62,127 bases of DNA from Polyangiales bacterium (GCA_038230375.1 JBBRNJ010000056.1:1-62127), one strand, 5' to 3'; counted from the first letter of the stretch, positions 37,732 through 47,628 are shown. Notes: generated from the sequence alone by a model not told the origin. Numbers and translations: made by a program.

Positions 37732-39144
37732 TCAGGGGTGGATTGTGACGGTCTGTGTGTCGCCTGGCGCGGGGGCCTGGATGGTGACTGCGCTTGGTGT
37801 TTGCGTGAACGTGCAGCCTCCGCACTCCACGGAGAAGCCCTTCGGGTAGACGCGGGCGGGGACCGATAGCAGCGTGGGGGCGGTGATCGATCGATCGGGC
37901 GTGTACGTCGCCGTGAAGGTGCTGGTCTTCGCATCGAACGCGTAGGAGAGCGGTGTGCCTGCCACGCGCTCTGGGTATGGCAGCGCGATCGGATCGACGA
38001 GCGTTGGCTTCTCCTTGCCGTCGGGCGTCAGCAGCGCGTAGCCGTCGCTCTGGTCATAGGCCCAGTACATGGCACCGGAGGCCACGGCGCCGACGCCGTC
38101 GTACTGCGCGGTCATGTATTCGGTGACGCCTGGCTGCTCCGCCCGCGCGCCGAACTCGCCGATCCACAGCGCCGCGTTCAGCTTCTTCGCCTCGCTCGCC
38201 AGCGCCGAAAGGTTCTTCATCAACTGTTCGCGGTGCGCCGGATCGAAGCCCTTGCCGCTCTCCGCATCGCGATCGTACGAGTGCGGCGCATACACCACGT
38301 CGCCGAACGGAAACGGAGTGAGCCGCGTCTCACCGCCCAGGTTACGCAGGGAATATGGCTCGATGAACGCGAGCAGGTTGGGCGCCACCTCGCGCACCTT
38401 TGGTACGACCGACTCGTAGAACGGCTGCAGCGTGGACTGCTCGAAGAAGGTGATCTGCGCGCTGCCCCAGTACGGCTCGTTCAATACGTCAAAGCCGATC
38501 ACGTTGTCGAAGACCGACAGTCGCGCAGCCGCGCGGCGCCATGCCTCCGTGAAGTGCGCCAGCAGATCCGGGCTCTGCCAGAAGTGGTCGTAGCAATGGG
38601 TGACCTCCTTGCTGAAGTAGTTCGTCGTCCAGTCCACGGACGGCACGAACGACGCGTAGTTCGCAGCATCACACGTCCAGAGCGGAGCGCCGTCGCCGCC
38701 GCCCTTCGCGAAGCCTTCGCCGTAGACGTCGTCGTGCATGTCCAGGACGACCAGCAGGTTTGCGTCGCGCGCCCACTGGATGCGCGTCGCGACGGCCTCT
38801 AGATACGCGTCGTCGTAGTTCCCCATGGTGGGCTCGATGGCGGCCCACGTCATGAGGAAGCGGATCGAGCTCATGCCCCACTCGTCACGCAGCCGCGCAA
38901 AATCCTTCGGCTGATGGAAGCCGAAATACGGAGCTGCCTTGTGAGCGCCCGCCAGGTTCACGCCGCGGAGGATCACTGCGCGGCCTTCGAGATCGCGAAT
39001 GAACCCATCGCCCACGTGCCATCGCGGCGGCGCAGGTGCCTCACTCGAATGGCATTGCACGAGGCCGCACGCCAGCGCGACAACCGTCGGCACCGCCACG
39101 CGAAGGGAGCAAGTTGCAGAGAGAGCGCGGAGACCGAGCGACAT
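37732..39144 (-). CDS. GH5 endoglycoceramidase-like glycoside hydrolase, exported
   Basis: GRAVILRGVN, WAAIEP..G.YD, LDMHDDVY, GDGAPLW, LNEP (acid/base), WIGEFG (nucleophile), PYPERVAGTP C-terminal domain. Confidence 0.88.
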   Translation of the reverse strand: MSLGLRALSATCSLRVAVPTVVALACGLVQCHSSEAPAPPRWHVGDGFIRDLEGRAVILRGVNLAGAHKAAPYFGFHQPKDFARLRDEWGMSSIRFLMTWAAIEPTMGNYDDAYLEAVATRIQWARDANLLVVLDMHDDVYGEGFAKGGGDGAPLWTCDAANYASFVPSVDWTTNYFSKEVTHCYDHFWQSPDLLAHFTEAWRRAAARLSVFDNVIGFDVLNEPYWGSAQITFFEQSTLQPFYESVVPKVREVAPNLLAFIEPYSLRNLGGETRLTPFPFGDVVYAPHSYDRDAESGKGFDPAHREQLMKNLSALASEAKKLNAALWIGEFGARAEQPGVTEYMTAQYDGVGAVASGAMYWAYDQSDGYALLTPDGKEKPTLVDPIALPYPERVAGTPLSYAFDAKTSTFTATYTPDRSITAPTLLSVPARVYPKGFSVECGGCTFTQTPSAVTIQAPAPGDTQTVTIHP

Positions 39145-39192
39145 GGCCGGAGATCCTTTCGAACGAACGCGAGAACCAGCAATCACGCCTGT

Positions 39193-39208
39193 CGCAGGTT
39201 CTGTGCCT
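39193..39208 (-). promoter_or_regulatory. Putative sigma54 promoter of the GH5 gene
   Basis: Minus strand AGGCACAGAACCTGCG, 48 nt before ATG 39144. Confidence 0.5.
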
Positions 39209-39368
39209 GAAGGTGGATGTGGTCGCTCACCCACATTTCATGCAGTTAGCACCTGCTGTCCGGGGCGGATTTTTCCAGGGGAATGGTACGCGGAAGGCTC
39301 AGGCAAGGTCTTCAAGTCGCGCTGGCGCGACACAGCGCGGTTCACCCGCAGGGAAGTAAGATGCGCAG

Positions 39369-41972
39369 ATGCGAACCTTCGTGGGCCTCGGTGTACTCGC
39401 TTCGCTCGTCTCTCTCGGCGCGTGCGGAGAGAACCCTCCGCCAAAGGCCGAGTCGCCGAAGGGCGTGCCCACGCTGGCGCCGCTCGTGAGCGAGCCACCT
39501 CTTGCGTCGACGCAGGCGCCGAGCAAGCCGGCGACGACGGCGCCCGCGGCGATCTCCAGCTACGACAAGCCCCCGCAGGCGATCATGGACGTGTTGCACG
39601 CACCCACGCTGCCCACGCCGGTGATGAGCCCCACGCGTGACAGCGTGATGCTCGTCACGTGGGTCGAGTTTCCGTCCATCGCGCGCGTCGCAGAGCCGTT
39701 CCTGAAGCTCGCCGGCATCCGCGTGGAGCCGGCGAACCACTCCAATCACTCCACGTCGGGCGGGTATGGCATCGCGCCGTGCGCGACCTCGTACGTGCTC
39801 ATGCGCGTATCCGACGGCGCGGAGAAGAAGATCGCGATGCCGGAAGGCGCGTGCGCCGATCGTCCCCTGTGGAGCGCTGACGGCAAGCACTTCGCGTGGC
39901 GCAGCACCACGAAGACGGCAGTGGAGCTGTGGACCGGCGACACGGACACGGGCGAGACGCACAAGGTCCAGGGCGCGCGCGTGAACCAGATGCTGGGGTA
40001 CTCCATGCAGTGGATGCCGGACCAGAAGACGCTGCTCGTCAAGCTCTGGCCAGAGAACCTTGGCGCGCCGCCGCCGGAGCCCGCCGTGCCTCCCGGACCG
40101 AACATCCAGGAGACATCGGGACAGAAGGGACAGAGCAGCACGTACGAGGCGCGCGACGTGCTGCGCACCGCACACGACGAGGAGCTGTTCGACCACTACG
40201 CGGCCTCGCAGCTGGCGCTGGTGGACACGGCCACGGGTCGCATCACGCCTTTCGGCGCGGTCGCGGCGTACGCGCGCGTGGACGCAGCGCCGGGCGGTGA
40301 GCACATCCTGACCGAGACCGTTCACAAGCCCTACTCGCACGTCACCACGGCAGATCGCTTTCCGCGCAAGGTCGCGGTGCTCGACCGTAGCGGCAAGGAG
40401 CTCGCGACGATCGCCGACATCCCGCTCGCCGATCGCGTGCCGATACACGGCGTCCGTACGGGCCCGCGCGACTTCGAGTGGCGCGCCACCGATCCCGCCA
40501 CGTTGATCTGGGCAGAGGCGCAGGACGGCGGCGACTGGAACAAGAAGGTGCCCGCGCGCGACAAGGTGATGCTCCAGAAGGCGCCCTTCTCGGCCGCACC
40601 CGCGGAGCTCCTGCGCACGGAGCAGCGCTTCGGCGGCATCGAATGGGGCGAGCGCCCGACCTTCGCGCTCCTGCGCGAGCACGACGAGAACCGCCACTGG
40701 GGTCGCACGTTCGTCGTGAACGTGGATGATCCGAAGGCGAAGCCGCAGCTGCTCTGGGACCTCTCCACCGACGAGCACTACAAGGACCCGGGCTCACCCG
40801 TCTACAAGGTGCTCCCCAACGGCGTGTGGGTCATCCGGGAGGACGGCGACGCGTTCTATGCATCCGGTGGTGGCGCATCGCCCGACGGCGATCGCCCGTT
40901 CCTGGATCAGGTGGACGCAAAGACCGGAAAGGCCACGCGCCTGTTCCGTTGCGGAAAGACGGAGCTCGAGAGCTTTGTCGGGTTCACGGATCCCGCGTCG
41001 GCAAAGACGTTCCTGACGTGGCATCAATCTGTGCAGGATGCACCCAATTTGTTCATGCGCACGCTTGGCACGCCCGTCATCGGCACTCCCGCCGCGGGCG
41101 AGCCCACGGTGGCGTCCACCACGCGCGCGGTGACACACATCCCGGATCCCACGCCGCAGGTGCGTGCGATCAAGAAGCGCCTCGTCACCTACAAGCGGGC
41201 GGACGGCGTTCCGCTCTCGTTCACGCTGTACACACCGCCGGGCTATCAGGAGGGCACGCGCGTGCCGACCATCCTCTACGCGTACCCGCTGGACTTCGCG
41301 GACGCATCCAAGGCGGGCCAGGTCACGGGGTCGCAGCAGACGTTCACGCGCCTGCGGCAGCACCGTATGATGCTGCTCGCCGGGTACGCCATCATCGAGG
41401 ACGCGGCCTTTCCCATCGTCGGCGATCCGAAGAAGGCATACGACACGTACCTGGAGCAGCTGGTCGCGGACGCCACTGCCGCCGTGAACAAGGCCGTGGA
41501 GCTGGGCGTCGCGGACAAGGAGCGCATCGGCGTCACGGGACACAGCCACGGCGCGCTCATGACGGTGAACCTGCTCGCGCACTCGAGCTTGTTCCGCGCG
41601 GGCGTGGCCACCAGTGGCTCGTACAACAAGACACTCACCGCATTCGGCTTCCAGAACGAGCGCCGGTCCGTGTGGGAGGCGCCCACCGTGTACACCAAGG
41701 TGTCGCCGTTCTTCTCCGCGGACAAGATCAAGGACCCGCTGCTCATCGTTCACGGTGAGGACGACGCGAACCCCGGCACCACGCCGCTTCAGGCAGAGAA
41801 GCTCTACGAAGGGCTGCGAGGCCTTGGCGGTGTGCCCACGCGCCTTGTCATGCTCCCGCACGAACCACACTGGTACTCCGCCATGGAGTCGCAGGAGCAG
41901 CTGGTCTTCGAGATGGTGCGCTGGTTCGACACGTACGTGAAGAACGCAGCAGCGCGCACGACGAAGCCCTGA
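39369..41972 (+). CDS. S9 family serine peptidase lipoprotein (glutamyl-endopeptidase-like)
   Basis: Lipobox LGAC; propeller region; GHSHG nucleophile; FGFQNE; HGEDD; EPH. Confidence 0.92.
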   Translation: MRTFVGLGVLASLVSLGACGENPPPKAESPKGVPTLAPLVSEPPLASTQAPSKPATTAPAAISSYDKPPQAIMDVLHAPTLPTPVMSPTRDSVMLVTWVEFPSIARVAEPFLKLAGIRVEPANHSNHSTSGGYGIAPCATSYVLMRVSDGAEKKIAMPEGACADRPLWSADGKHFAWRSTTKTAVELWTGDTDTGETHKVQGARVNQMLGYSMQWMPDQKTLLVKLWPENLGAPPPEPAVPPGPNIQETSGQKGQSSTYEARDVLRTAHDEELFDHYAASQLALVDTATGRITPFGAVAAYARVDAAPGGEHILTETVHKPYSHVTTADRFPRKVAVLDRSGKELATIADIPLADRVPIHGVRTGPRDFEWRATDPATLIWAEAQDGGDWNKKVPARDKVMLQKAPFSAAPAELLRTEQRFGGIEWGERPTFALLREHDENRHWGRTFVVNVDDPKAKPQLLWDLSTDEHYKDPGSPVYKVLPNGVWVIREDGDAFYASGGGASPDGDRPFLDQVDAKTGKATRLFRCGKTELESFVGFTDPASAKTFLTWHQSVQDAPNLFMRTLGTPVIGTPAAGEPTVASTTRAVTHIPDPTPQVRAIKKRLVTYKRADGVPLSFTLYTPPGYQEGTRVPTILYAYPLDFADASKAGQVTGSQQTFTRLRQHRMMLLAGYAIIEDAAFPIVGDPKKAYDTYLEQLVADATAAVNKAVELGVADKERIGVTGHSHGALMTVNLLAHSSLFRAGVATSGSYNKTLTAFGFQNERRSVWEAPTVYTKVSPFFSADKIKDPLLIVHGEDDANPGTTPLQAEKLYEGLRGLGGVPTRLVMLPHEPHWYSAMESQEQLVFEMVRWFDTYVKNAAARTTKP

Positions 41973-41977
41973 CGGCG

Positions 41978-42761
41978 TTACTCTTCGTAGACGATCGGCT
42001 CTGGCACTGAAGGGCCGGTCTTGATGGGCGGCTCGAAGGTGCAATAGCCCAGCAGCCGCTCTGGACAGGTCGCCTTGAAGCGCACCGTGCAGGCCTCTTC
42101 GCAACCCTCCTTGAAGTCCTTCATGCACTTCTCGTGGCAAGCGGCGGCAGCCGAGCACACCGCGCGACAGCCGCTCCGTTCCCACTGCGCCTTCAGGGTC
42201 TTGCTGCATGCAATGTGGACCTTCGAGCACTCCGCCGAGCTGCAACGATCCTTCGTCCTGACACTCCTGCCGGCAGGTGCCGCACGAGGTGGCGCACGTC
42301 CCCCGACAGGCATCCGTCGTGCAGTTGCGCTTGCACGCTTCGCACTTCTGGGTGCAGGCGGGTCCGCAGGTCTCGCACGTTGCCGTGCATGTCGACTGGC
42401 ACTGGCCACGGTCCTCGCCACACGGATCGTAGACGCACGCCTGCTCGGTCGAGACGTCGCAGGAGAGCGCGCGGCCGCGGTGACCGCCGCTGATCGGCTG
42501 CATCGGCGGCGCAGGAGGCGTCCACGCGCAGTCCATGGTCAGCGCGGCGATCACCGGCGGATCCGTCCAGGCAACGGCAGCGGCGAGGGCGGCCGACGCA
42601 TCGGGCTGGGATCCCGTTCTCACGCCGCCACCATCCTCGGCGACGCGAGCGTCGTTGCCCACACGATCCACGGGCGCCACAGCGCGCGTGCACGAAGCGA
42701 TGGCGGCGGTGATGGCCATCGCCAGAAGCGATGCGGTGAAACGGTGGGCCCGATGGGTCAC
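41978..42761 (-). pseudogene. Cys-rich lipoprotein with an apparent frameshift near 42260 (pseudogene or sequencing error)
   Basis: The CxxxC array ending ..CGTCRQEC continues in another frame as VRTKDRCSSAECSK..; restoring 2 nt joins the two. Confidence 0.75.
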
Positions 42762-42848
42762 AGCTGATTGTACACAGCTTCGGTGTGGGTTCGCTCACCT
42801 GCAAGTTCGACTGCGTGCGCGTTCGAAGACGCGTGATACGCTGAGTTC

Positions 42849-44135
42849 GTGCGCCCCTCTCTGAGCGTCGTCGCTCTCGTCTTCGCGCCTTGTCTGCTGC
42901 TGTCCGCGTGCGGCGGTACGCAGCTTGGCGAGACCGGCGAGAGTGGATCTGCGGGCGTGAGCTCCGGCCCGATGCATGGGTCCGCGACCTCGGGCCCGGA
43001 CGTGCGACCATCGGACGAGCGGGCGCCGAACCCGCCGAGCAACGTCTTCCCTGCGTTGCATGGGCCCATTCCGCCGGTCACGTACCAGGGCGGCAACATT
43101 CTCGCGAGCCCAAGGATTGTCACCATCACGTTCGACGGCGATACGCAGCGCGGCGCGCTCGAGGCCTTCGGCGACGTCATCACCACCACGGCATGGTGGG
43201 ACGCGGTCGCCAGTGAGTACTGCGACTCGCGCGGCTCGTGCATCGGTCATGGCAGCGGCGGCTCGTACGGCCGGATCGCGAAGGCCCCTTCGACCTATCT
43301 CACGGACTCGTCGCTCAGCGACAGCTCGCTCCAGACCTACGTCGCCGCTCGTATCAAGGACGGGACCATTCCAGCGCCGGAGACGGACGCCTTGTATATG
43401 ATCTACCCACCGAGCTCCACCATCGTGGACGTGGACGGCGCACAGAGCTGCCAGGACTTCCTCGCGTACCACAGCATGATGCAGGTGACGCCGCCCGGGA
43501 GCACCGTGCCAGTGGAGCTCGCCTACGCCGTCATTCCCCGCTGCTCGAGCTCCCTGCACGCGCTCACGGTGATCGCTAGCCACGAGATGATCGAGGCCGC
43601 AACGGATCCATACCCGTACACGTCGTTCGGTTCCCGTGACGATGCGTGGGACTTTCTCACCGGCGGCGGTGAGGTCGCCGACCGCTGCGTGGACGGCGCC
43701 ACCAACGGTCAGAACACCTACGAAGAGAGCGGCTATCTGGTCCAGCGATCATGGAGCAACGCCGCGGCGAAGGCGAGCCACGACCCGTGCGTGCCTGCGC
43801 CGCCGCGGGTTTCGCAACCGTACTTCAACATGGCGGCCAGCGTGTCGGACCGACTCGTTCTCACGCCAGGACAGACGAAGACGCTGGAGCTGATCGCGTT
43901 TTCGGATCACCCCGCGCCGCCGTTCCACGTCTCCGTCATGGAGGTGGCCGACCTGTTCGGCAGCACGAACGTCCTGGACGTGAGCCTTGATCAATCCAGC
44001 ATGCAGAACGGCCAGAAGGCCACGCTCACCGTCAAGCTCCACCAGGACGCTGGGCCCTATTCCACTGCGTTCCGGGTGACGTCCACGCTTGGGCAGCTCT
44101 CGCACACGTGGTCCTTCACCGTGTCTCCAGAGTAG
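42849..44135 (+). CDS. Lipoprotein with Phi-1/EXORDIUM-like domain and C-terminal Ig-like domain
   Basis: Lipobox LSAC; YQGGNIL, AYHS, SHEMIEAATDP, EVADRC, VQRSWSN. Confidence 0.8.
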   Translation: MRPSLSVVALVFAPCLLLSACGGTQLGETGESGSAGVSSGPMHGSATSGPDVRPSDERAPNPPSNVFPALHGPIPPVTYQGGNILASPRIVTITFDGDTQRGALEAFGDVITTTAWWDAVASEYCDSRGSCIGHGSGGSYGRIAKAPSTYLTDSSLSDSSLQTYVAARIKDGTIPAPETDALYMIYPPSSTIVDVDGAQSCQDFLAYHSMMQVTPPGSTVPVELAYAVIPRCSSSLHALTVIASHEMIEAATDPYPYTSFGSRDDAWDFLTGGGEVADRCVDGATNGQNTYEESGYLVQRSWSNAAAKASHDPCVPAPPRVSQPYFNMAASVSDRLVLTPGQTKTLELIAFSDHPAPPFHVSVMEVADLFGSTNVLDVSLDQSSMQNGQKATLTVKLHQDAGPYSTAFRVTSTLGQLSHTWSFTVSPE

Positions 44136-44173
44136 GTCCGTAGCTGCTGATCGTGGCCGGGGCGCAGCGTGGA

Positions 44174-44401
44174 TCAATCCTCCTTCGGGCAGCCGTCCTT
44201 CGGGTGCGGCGCTTGACCGTCCTCCTTCTTGGTGGAGCACTTGTCCTCTTTGTCGCCGACCCCGTCGCCATCGGCGTCCATCAGGTCCGAGGTGGGCGCC
44301 TTTGGCGGGGGTGTCTTGCTACCACCGCAGCCTGCGCTGCCAACAGCCATCGCCAGGCCCAGCACCACAACGCACCACGCGCTCTCGTTGAATCTCGTCA
44401 T
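44174..44401 (-). CDS. Small lipoprotein with one thrombospondin type-3-like Ca-binding repeat
   Basis: Lipobox SAGC; DADGDGVGDKEDKC..KEDG..DGCP. Confidence 0.8.
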   Translation of the reverse strand: MTRFNESAWCVVVLGLAMAVGSAGCGGSKTPPPKAPTSDLMDADGDGVGDKEDKCSTKKEDGQAPHPKDGCPKED

Positions 44402-44503
44402 GTGACCGTCCTACCAGTTCGCGGCCGCGGTATGTAGCTCGCAGATGTCAGCCGGCGCGTATGCGTCCCCCACAGGCGCGCCGGGAGTGTGCTTCACGCC
44501 GGG

Positions 44504-45652
44504 TCAGGGCGAGAAGATCTCGACGGTGCCGACCAACGCGGTATCGGTGCCGTTCGGTGCGACCGCTTCACCGCCAATGAAGTAGGCGTTGCCTTTCGGG
44601 TCGACGCACGCCGCTCCGCCCACGCGCGGGTCCAGGATCGTGGCTGCGGGCATCCACGACGTACCATCGAATCGGAGGACATCCGCAACGCACGATTCGA
44701 CGTGCCCGACGTAGCCGTTCGATTGCCCGCCAAAGGTGACGAGACGGCCCTGCTTGTCGATGACCGCCGACGCGCGCGCCAGAGCGGTCGGCAGCGAAGG
44801 CCCTGGCTTCCACGACGTCGCGTTCGGCGCGAGCACGAACGTGTCGGTCGTCGCCGCAAGGTCCGGCACCAGGGTATCGAAGCCGCCAATCATCCAGAGT
44901 GAACCATCCGGCAGTAGGCCGGCGGCCGGAGTGCTCCGATGAACCGTCCTGCCCGCGAAGGTCGGGTCGGGCGGGTACGCCGGACCTTCCACGAACGCAT
45001 CCTGGTCGATGTCGTACGTGAGAAGCGTGTTCATGTTCGGTCCACCCACGAGCGCGAGCGAGTGCCCCATGGGCACCATGGCGTACGCCGTGAGCGCGAC
45101 GTTCTTCGGCGAGCTGAGCTTGCGCCACGCATTCGTCTTCGGATCGTAGGCGTAGTTGCCATCTCCCGATCCTCCGAACGCGTAGATGCGTCCGTCGTAT
45201 CCCACGGCGGCCGTCGTCATTGCCTGCGCCGTGGGAATGCTGGTCCCGGTGGTCCAGACGTTCTTCGAGGGCTCGTATATCTCGACCGCCGTCGAGGACG
45301 AACGGCCACCGTTCTGCGCCGCGCTCTGCCCACCAATCGCGAAGACCCGGCCGTCGGGCGCGCAGGCAGCACCGAGATACATGCGCGGCGTCGGTAGGTC
45401 CGGTCCAGCCCTGTGCGCCGCGAACCCCGGCGACGCGTTCGCCGACGGGGCCAGCGCATCGGTCCCAGCATCGACCGCAGGTCCGGAGGAGCTCGGTGGC
45501 GACCCGGCGTCATTCGTCGTTGCGGAACTCTGCGCGGGCGGCCTCTCGTTGCCCTCGTTGCCCTGCGGGGCCCCGGCGTCGGCCCCACCGGCGCAGCCGA
45601 GCGCCGCACAGATCACGGCTGAAAAGCAGGCGAGCGGAACAAGGTTTCGCAT
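44504..45652 (-). CDS. Kelch-repeat lipoprotein
   Basis: Lipobox ALGC; repeated GG..Y.P..W units (FAIGG, YAFGG, WMIGG, TFGG, YFIGG). Confidence 0.9.
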   Translation of the reverse strand: MRNLVPLACFSAVICAALGCAGGADAGAPQGNEGNERPPAQSSATTNDAGSPPSSSGPAVDAGTDALAPSANASPGFAAHRAGPDLPTPRMYLGAACAPDGRVFAIGGQSAAQNGGRSSSTAVEIYEPSKNVWTTGTSIPTAQAMTTAAVGYDGRIYAFGGSGDGNYAYDPKTNAWRKLSSPKNVALTAYAMVPMGHSLALVGGPNMNTLLTYDIDQDAFVEGPAYPPDPTFAGRTVHRSTPAAGLLPDGSLWMIGGFDTLVPDLAATTDTFVLAPNATSWKPGPSLPTALARASAVIDKQGRLVTFGGQSNGYVGHVESCVADVLRFDGTSWMPAATILDPRVGGAACVDPKGNAYFIGGEAVAPNGTDTALVGTVEIFSP

Positions 45653-45757
45653 GGCCGCATTGTGGGACGCGCCGGCCGCGACGCCACGAATGGCGCAAAC
45701 AGCCAGCTCATTGTCGTGCTCGGTGACACGGGCCTTACCGACCTTTTCGCGCGGCTG

Positions 45758-45803
45758 CGGATCACACCCGGCTGTGATCGCGGATCACACCTGGCTGTGA
45801 TCG
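45758..45803. repeat. 23-bp tandem duplication; each unit contains the palindrome GATCACA-N6-TGTGATC
   Basis: cggatcacacccggctgtgatcg followed by cggatcacacctggctgtgatcg (1 mismatch). Confidence 0.9.
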
Positions 45804-45848
45804 CGGTGGCGCTCATCACTACGTAAGCCATCGGCCGTATAGGAGTTC

Positions 45849-46421
45849 TCATCTGTCGGTCGGCTTCGCTGGCTCGGGCGGCAGATTCGCTCCCTCCCCG
45901 GTGACCCCGCCGGGAAAGGAGCGGCCTCCCGGCGCCACCCGATGGAGTCGAGGGTCCAGCACCACCTTCCCACCGATCACCTGCCCGCGACGCTCGTAGC
46001 GCGGGAGCTTGCCGTCTGGATCGTAGAGCACCGCGCGCGATGCGCGGACCACGAAGCCGTCCGGTGAGGCCTCGTACACGTATGCGTCGAAGCCCTCGCT
46101 GACGGACGCCGGCGTCACGCCCAGGCATCGAAAGCCGACGTGCTGGCGAGCTTCGTCGGCGTCCAACGCGTCCGCAACCGGGTCTCCTCCGCCCATGGAG
46201 GAGTATGGGTCGGAGCTACGAATCAGCGACGATCCACACAGCTTTCCATCCCGCGCATAGGCCAGTGCGGCGTTCTGCGCGAACACCTCCAGGTTCGGCT
46301 CTGCCTCCGCGATGCCGCTGGCCGAACGGACCGCGCGCCGTGCGAGCAGGGCACATGCCACGACGACGACGACCAGTCCGACAAGAAGCAACGCGCCCAT
46401 CACCTTGCGCTCCGCGATCAT
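45849..46421 (-). CDS. Membrane-anchored pilin-like protein
   Basis: N-terminal hydrophobic helix, then AEA..NL..AYARDG.LC; ATGA overlap with the upstream gene; no GFTLIE cleavage motif. Confidence 0.6.
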   Translation of the reverse strand: MIAERKVMGALLLVGLVVVVVACALLARRAVRSASGIAEAEPNLEVFAQNAALAYARDGKLCGSSLIRSSDPYSSMGGGDPVADALDADEARQHVGFRCLGVTPASVSEGFDAYVYEASPDGFVVRASRAVLYDPDGKLPRYERRGQVIGGKVVLDPRLHRVAPGGRSFPGGVTGEGANLPPEPAKPTDR

Positions 46422-47545
46422 GCGGCCCTCTGCCCGACCAGCAAGGTCTGCAGGCGTCGCTGCGCGAGCCGTCTCACGACCGCATACTCCGTGACCTCCA
46501 GGGTTGCACCCTGTACGCCCCACGGCGACCACGCTCCCAGGCGGGCAGCGACGGGCAACGGTGAGCCCAGGTGCATCGGCATCGCTGCCGCGGCCCGCAA
46601 GAGAGCGCGCGCGACGACATCGCCGCCCTCGGCTGCGCACCATTCGATCACGTCCCAGCTGTCCTTCGCGTGTCGAGCCTCGTCCGTTGCGATCTCGGAT
46701 AGCTTGATAGCGAGCTCCGGCGTCGCCGCGTCCTTCACCAGGCGTGCCAGGATTCGCGCGGCAAGACCTTCGTTGAGAGCGCCGTCCGCAAGGGCGTCCA
46801 CCGCGATCTGAGCCAGCGCAACGTCACGCACCGGAGCAAGCGTGCGCCGTGCCAGCGCGCCCGGAAATGGGGTCGGTGATTCGTTGCGTCCGTCCATGCG
46901 CGCCGCGATGGTGTAGGCCAGCTGAGCATGTCGACACTCGTCCGCCGCAGCGCGCTGGGCCGCAAGCACCAGGCGCGCGGGCGCACCCACGACGGACAGG
47001 TCCAGCGTGAGGTGCGCGAACGCGGCGATCGATGCGTGTTCCTTCGCTGCGTTGTCACGCCACTGGGCCGCGAGTCCGTCGCGATGCGCCTCTGGAACCG
47101 GCAGCTCGCCCGCGAAATCATCACGCGCGATCCACCCGTCGCCGGGCGCGGATGCGGGCGCGAGGAGCTTCTTGCCGTTGTGCAGACGACGGCCATGCGC
47201 GAAGAAGGTCGGGTACGCACGGTCCAACCACATGTTGAAGAAGAGGCTGTTCATCAGCAGCCCGCCCGCCATGGCGCCGATGGAGAAGAGGATCCCGAAC
47301 GGCGACGCCTCGCGTCCGCGCACGAGACGGAAGGCCAGCAGTACGAACATGACCAGCGCCGCGACGAACGCCGGAGCACCAGCGGCAACGAACAGCACCG
47401 AGGCCTGGAATCCACCTTCCGTGTGGCGCGCGCCGCTCGCCAGCCACGAGTAGCCACAGCCAGCGAGCCAGAGAAACGACGCTATCGGTACAAGCAGGTG
47501 AGCCGTGCGCGGCGGTGCGTCATCCAGGTCGTGTGTAGAATGCAT
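46418..47545 (-). CDS. Membrane-anchored ferritin-like (diiron) protein
   Basis: About 3 N-terminal TM helices; EHASIAAF, DECRHA, NEG, DEARHA; AGGAGG RBS. Confidence 0.85.
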   Translation of the reverse strand: MHSTHDLDDAPPRTAHLLVPIASFLWLAGCGYSWLASGARHTEGGFQASVLFVAAGAPAFVAALVMFVLLAFRLVRGREASPFGILFSIGAMAGGLLMNSLFFNMWLDRAYPTFFAHGRRLHNGKKLLAPASAPGDGWIARDDFAGELPVPEAHRDGLAAQWRDNAAKEHASIAAFAHLTLDLSVVGAPARLVLAAQRAAADECRHAQLAYTIAARMDGRNESPTPFPGALARRTLAPVRDVALAQIAVDALADGALNEGLAARILARLVKDAATPELAIKLSEIATDEARHAKDSWDVIEWCAAEGGDVVARALLRAAAAMPMHLGSPLPVAARLGAWSPWGVQGATLEVTEYAVVRRLAQRRLQTLLVGQRAA

Positions 47546-47628
47546 GCGTGACCTCCTCCTGGAAACTGTACGCGGAGGATCGCAGGACGCTCCCAGCGCG
47601 GCCCACGATTCACCGACGTTTCAAGGAG

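Noticed and set aside
40794..42761. 655-aa minus-strand ORF as one protein
   Set aside because: Only the first ~167 codons look real; the rest is frameshift read-through antisense to the S9 peptidase.
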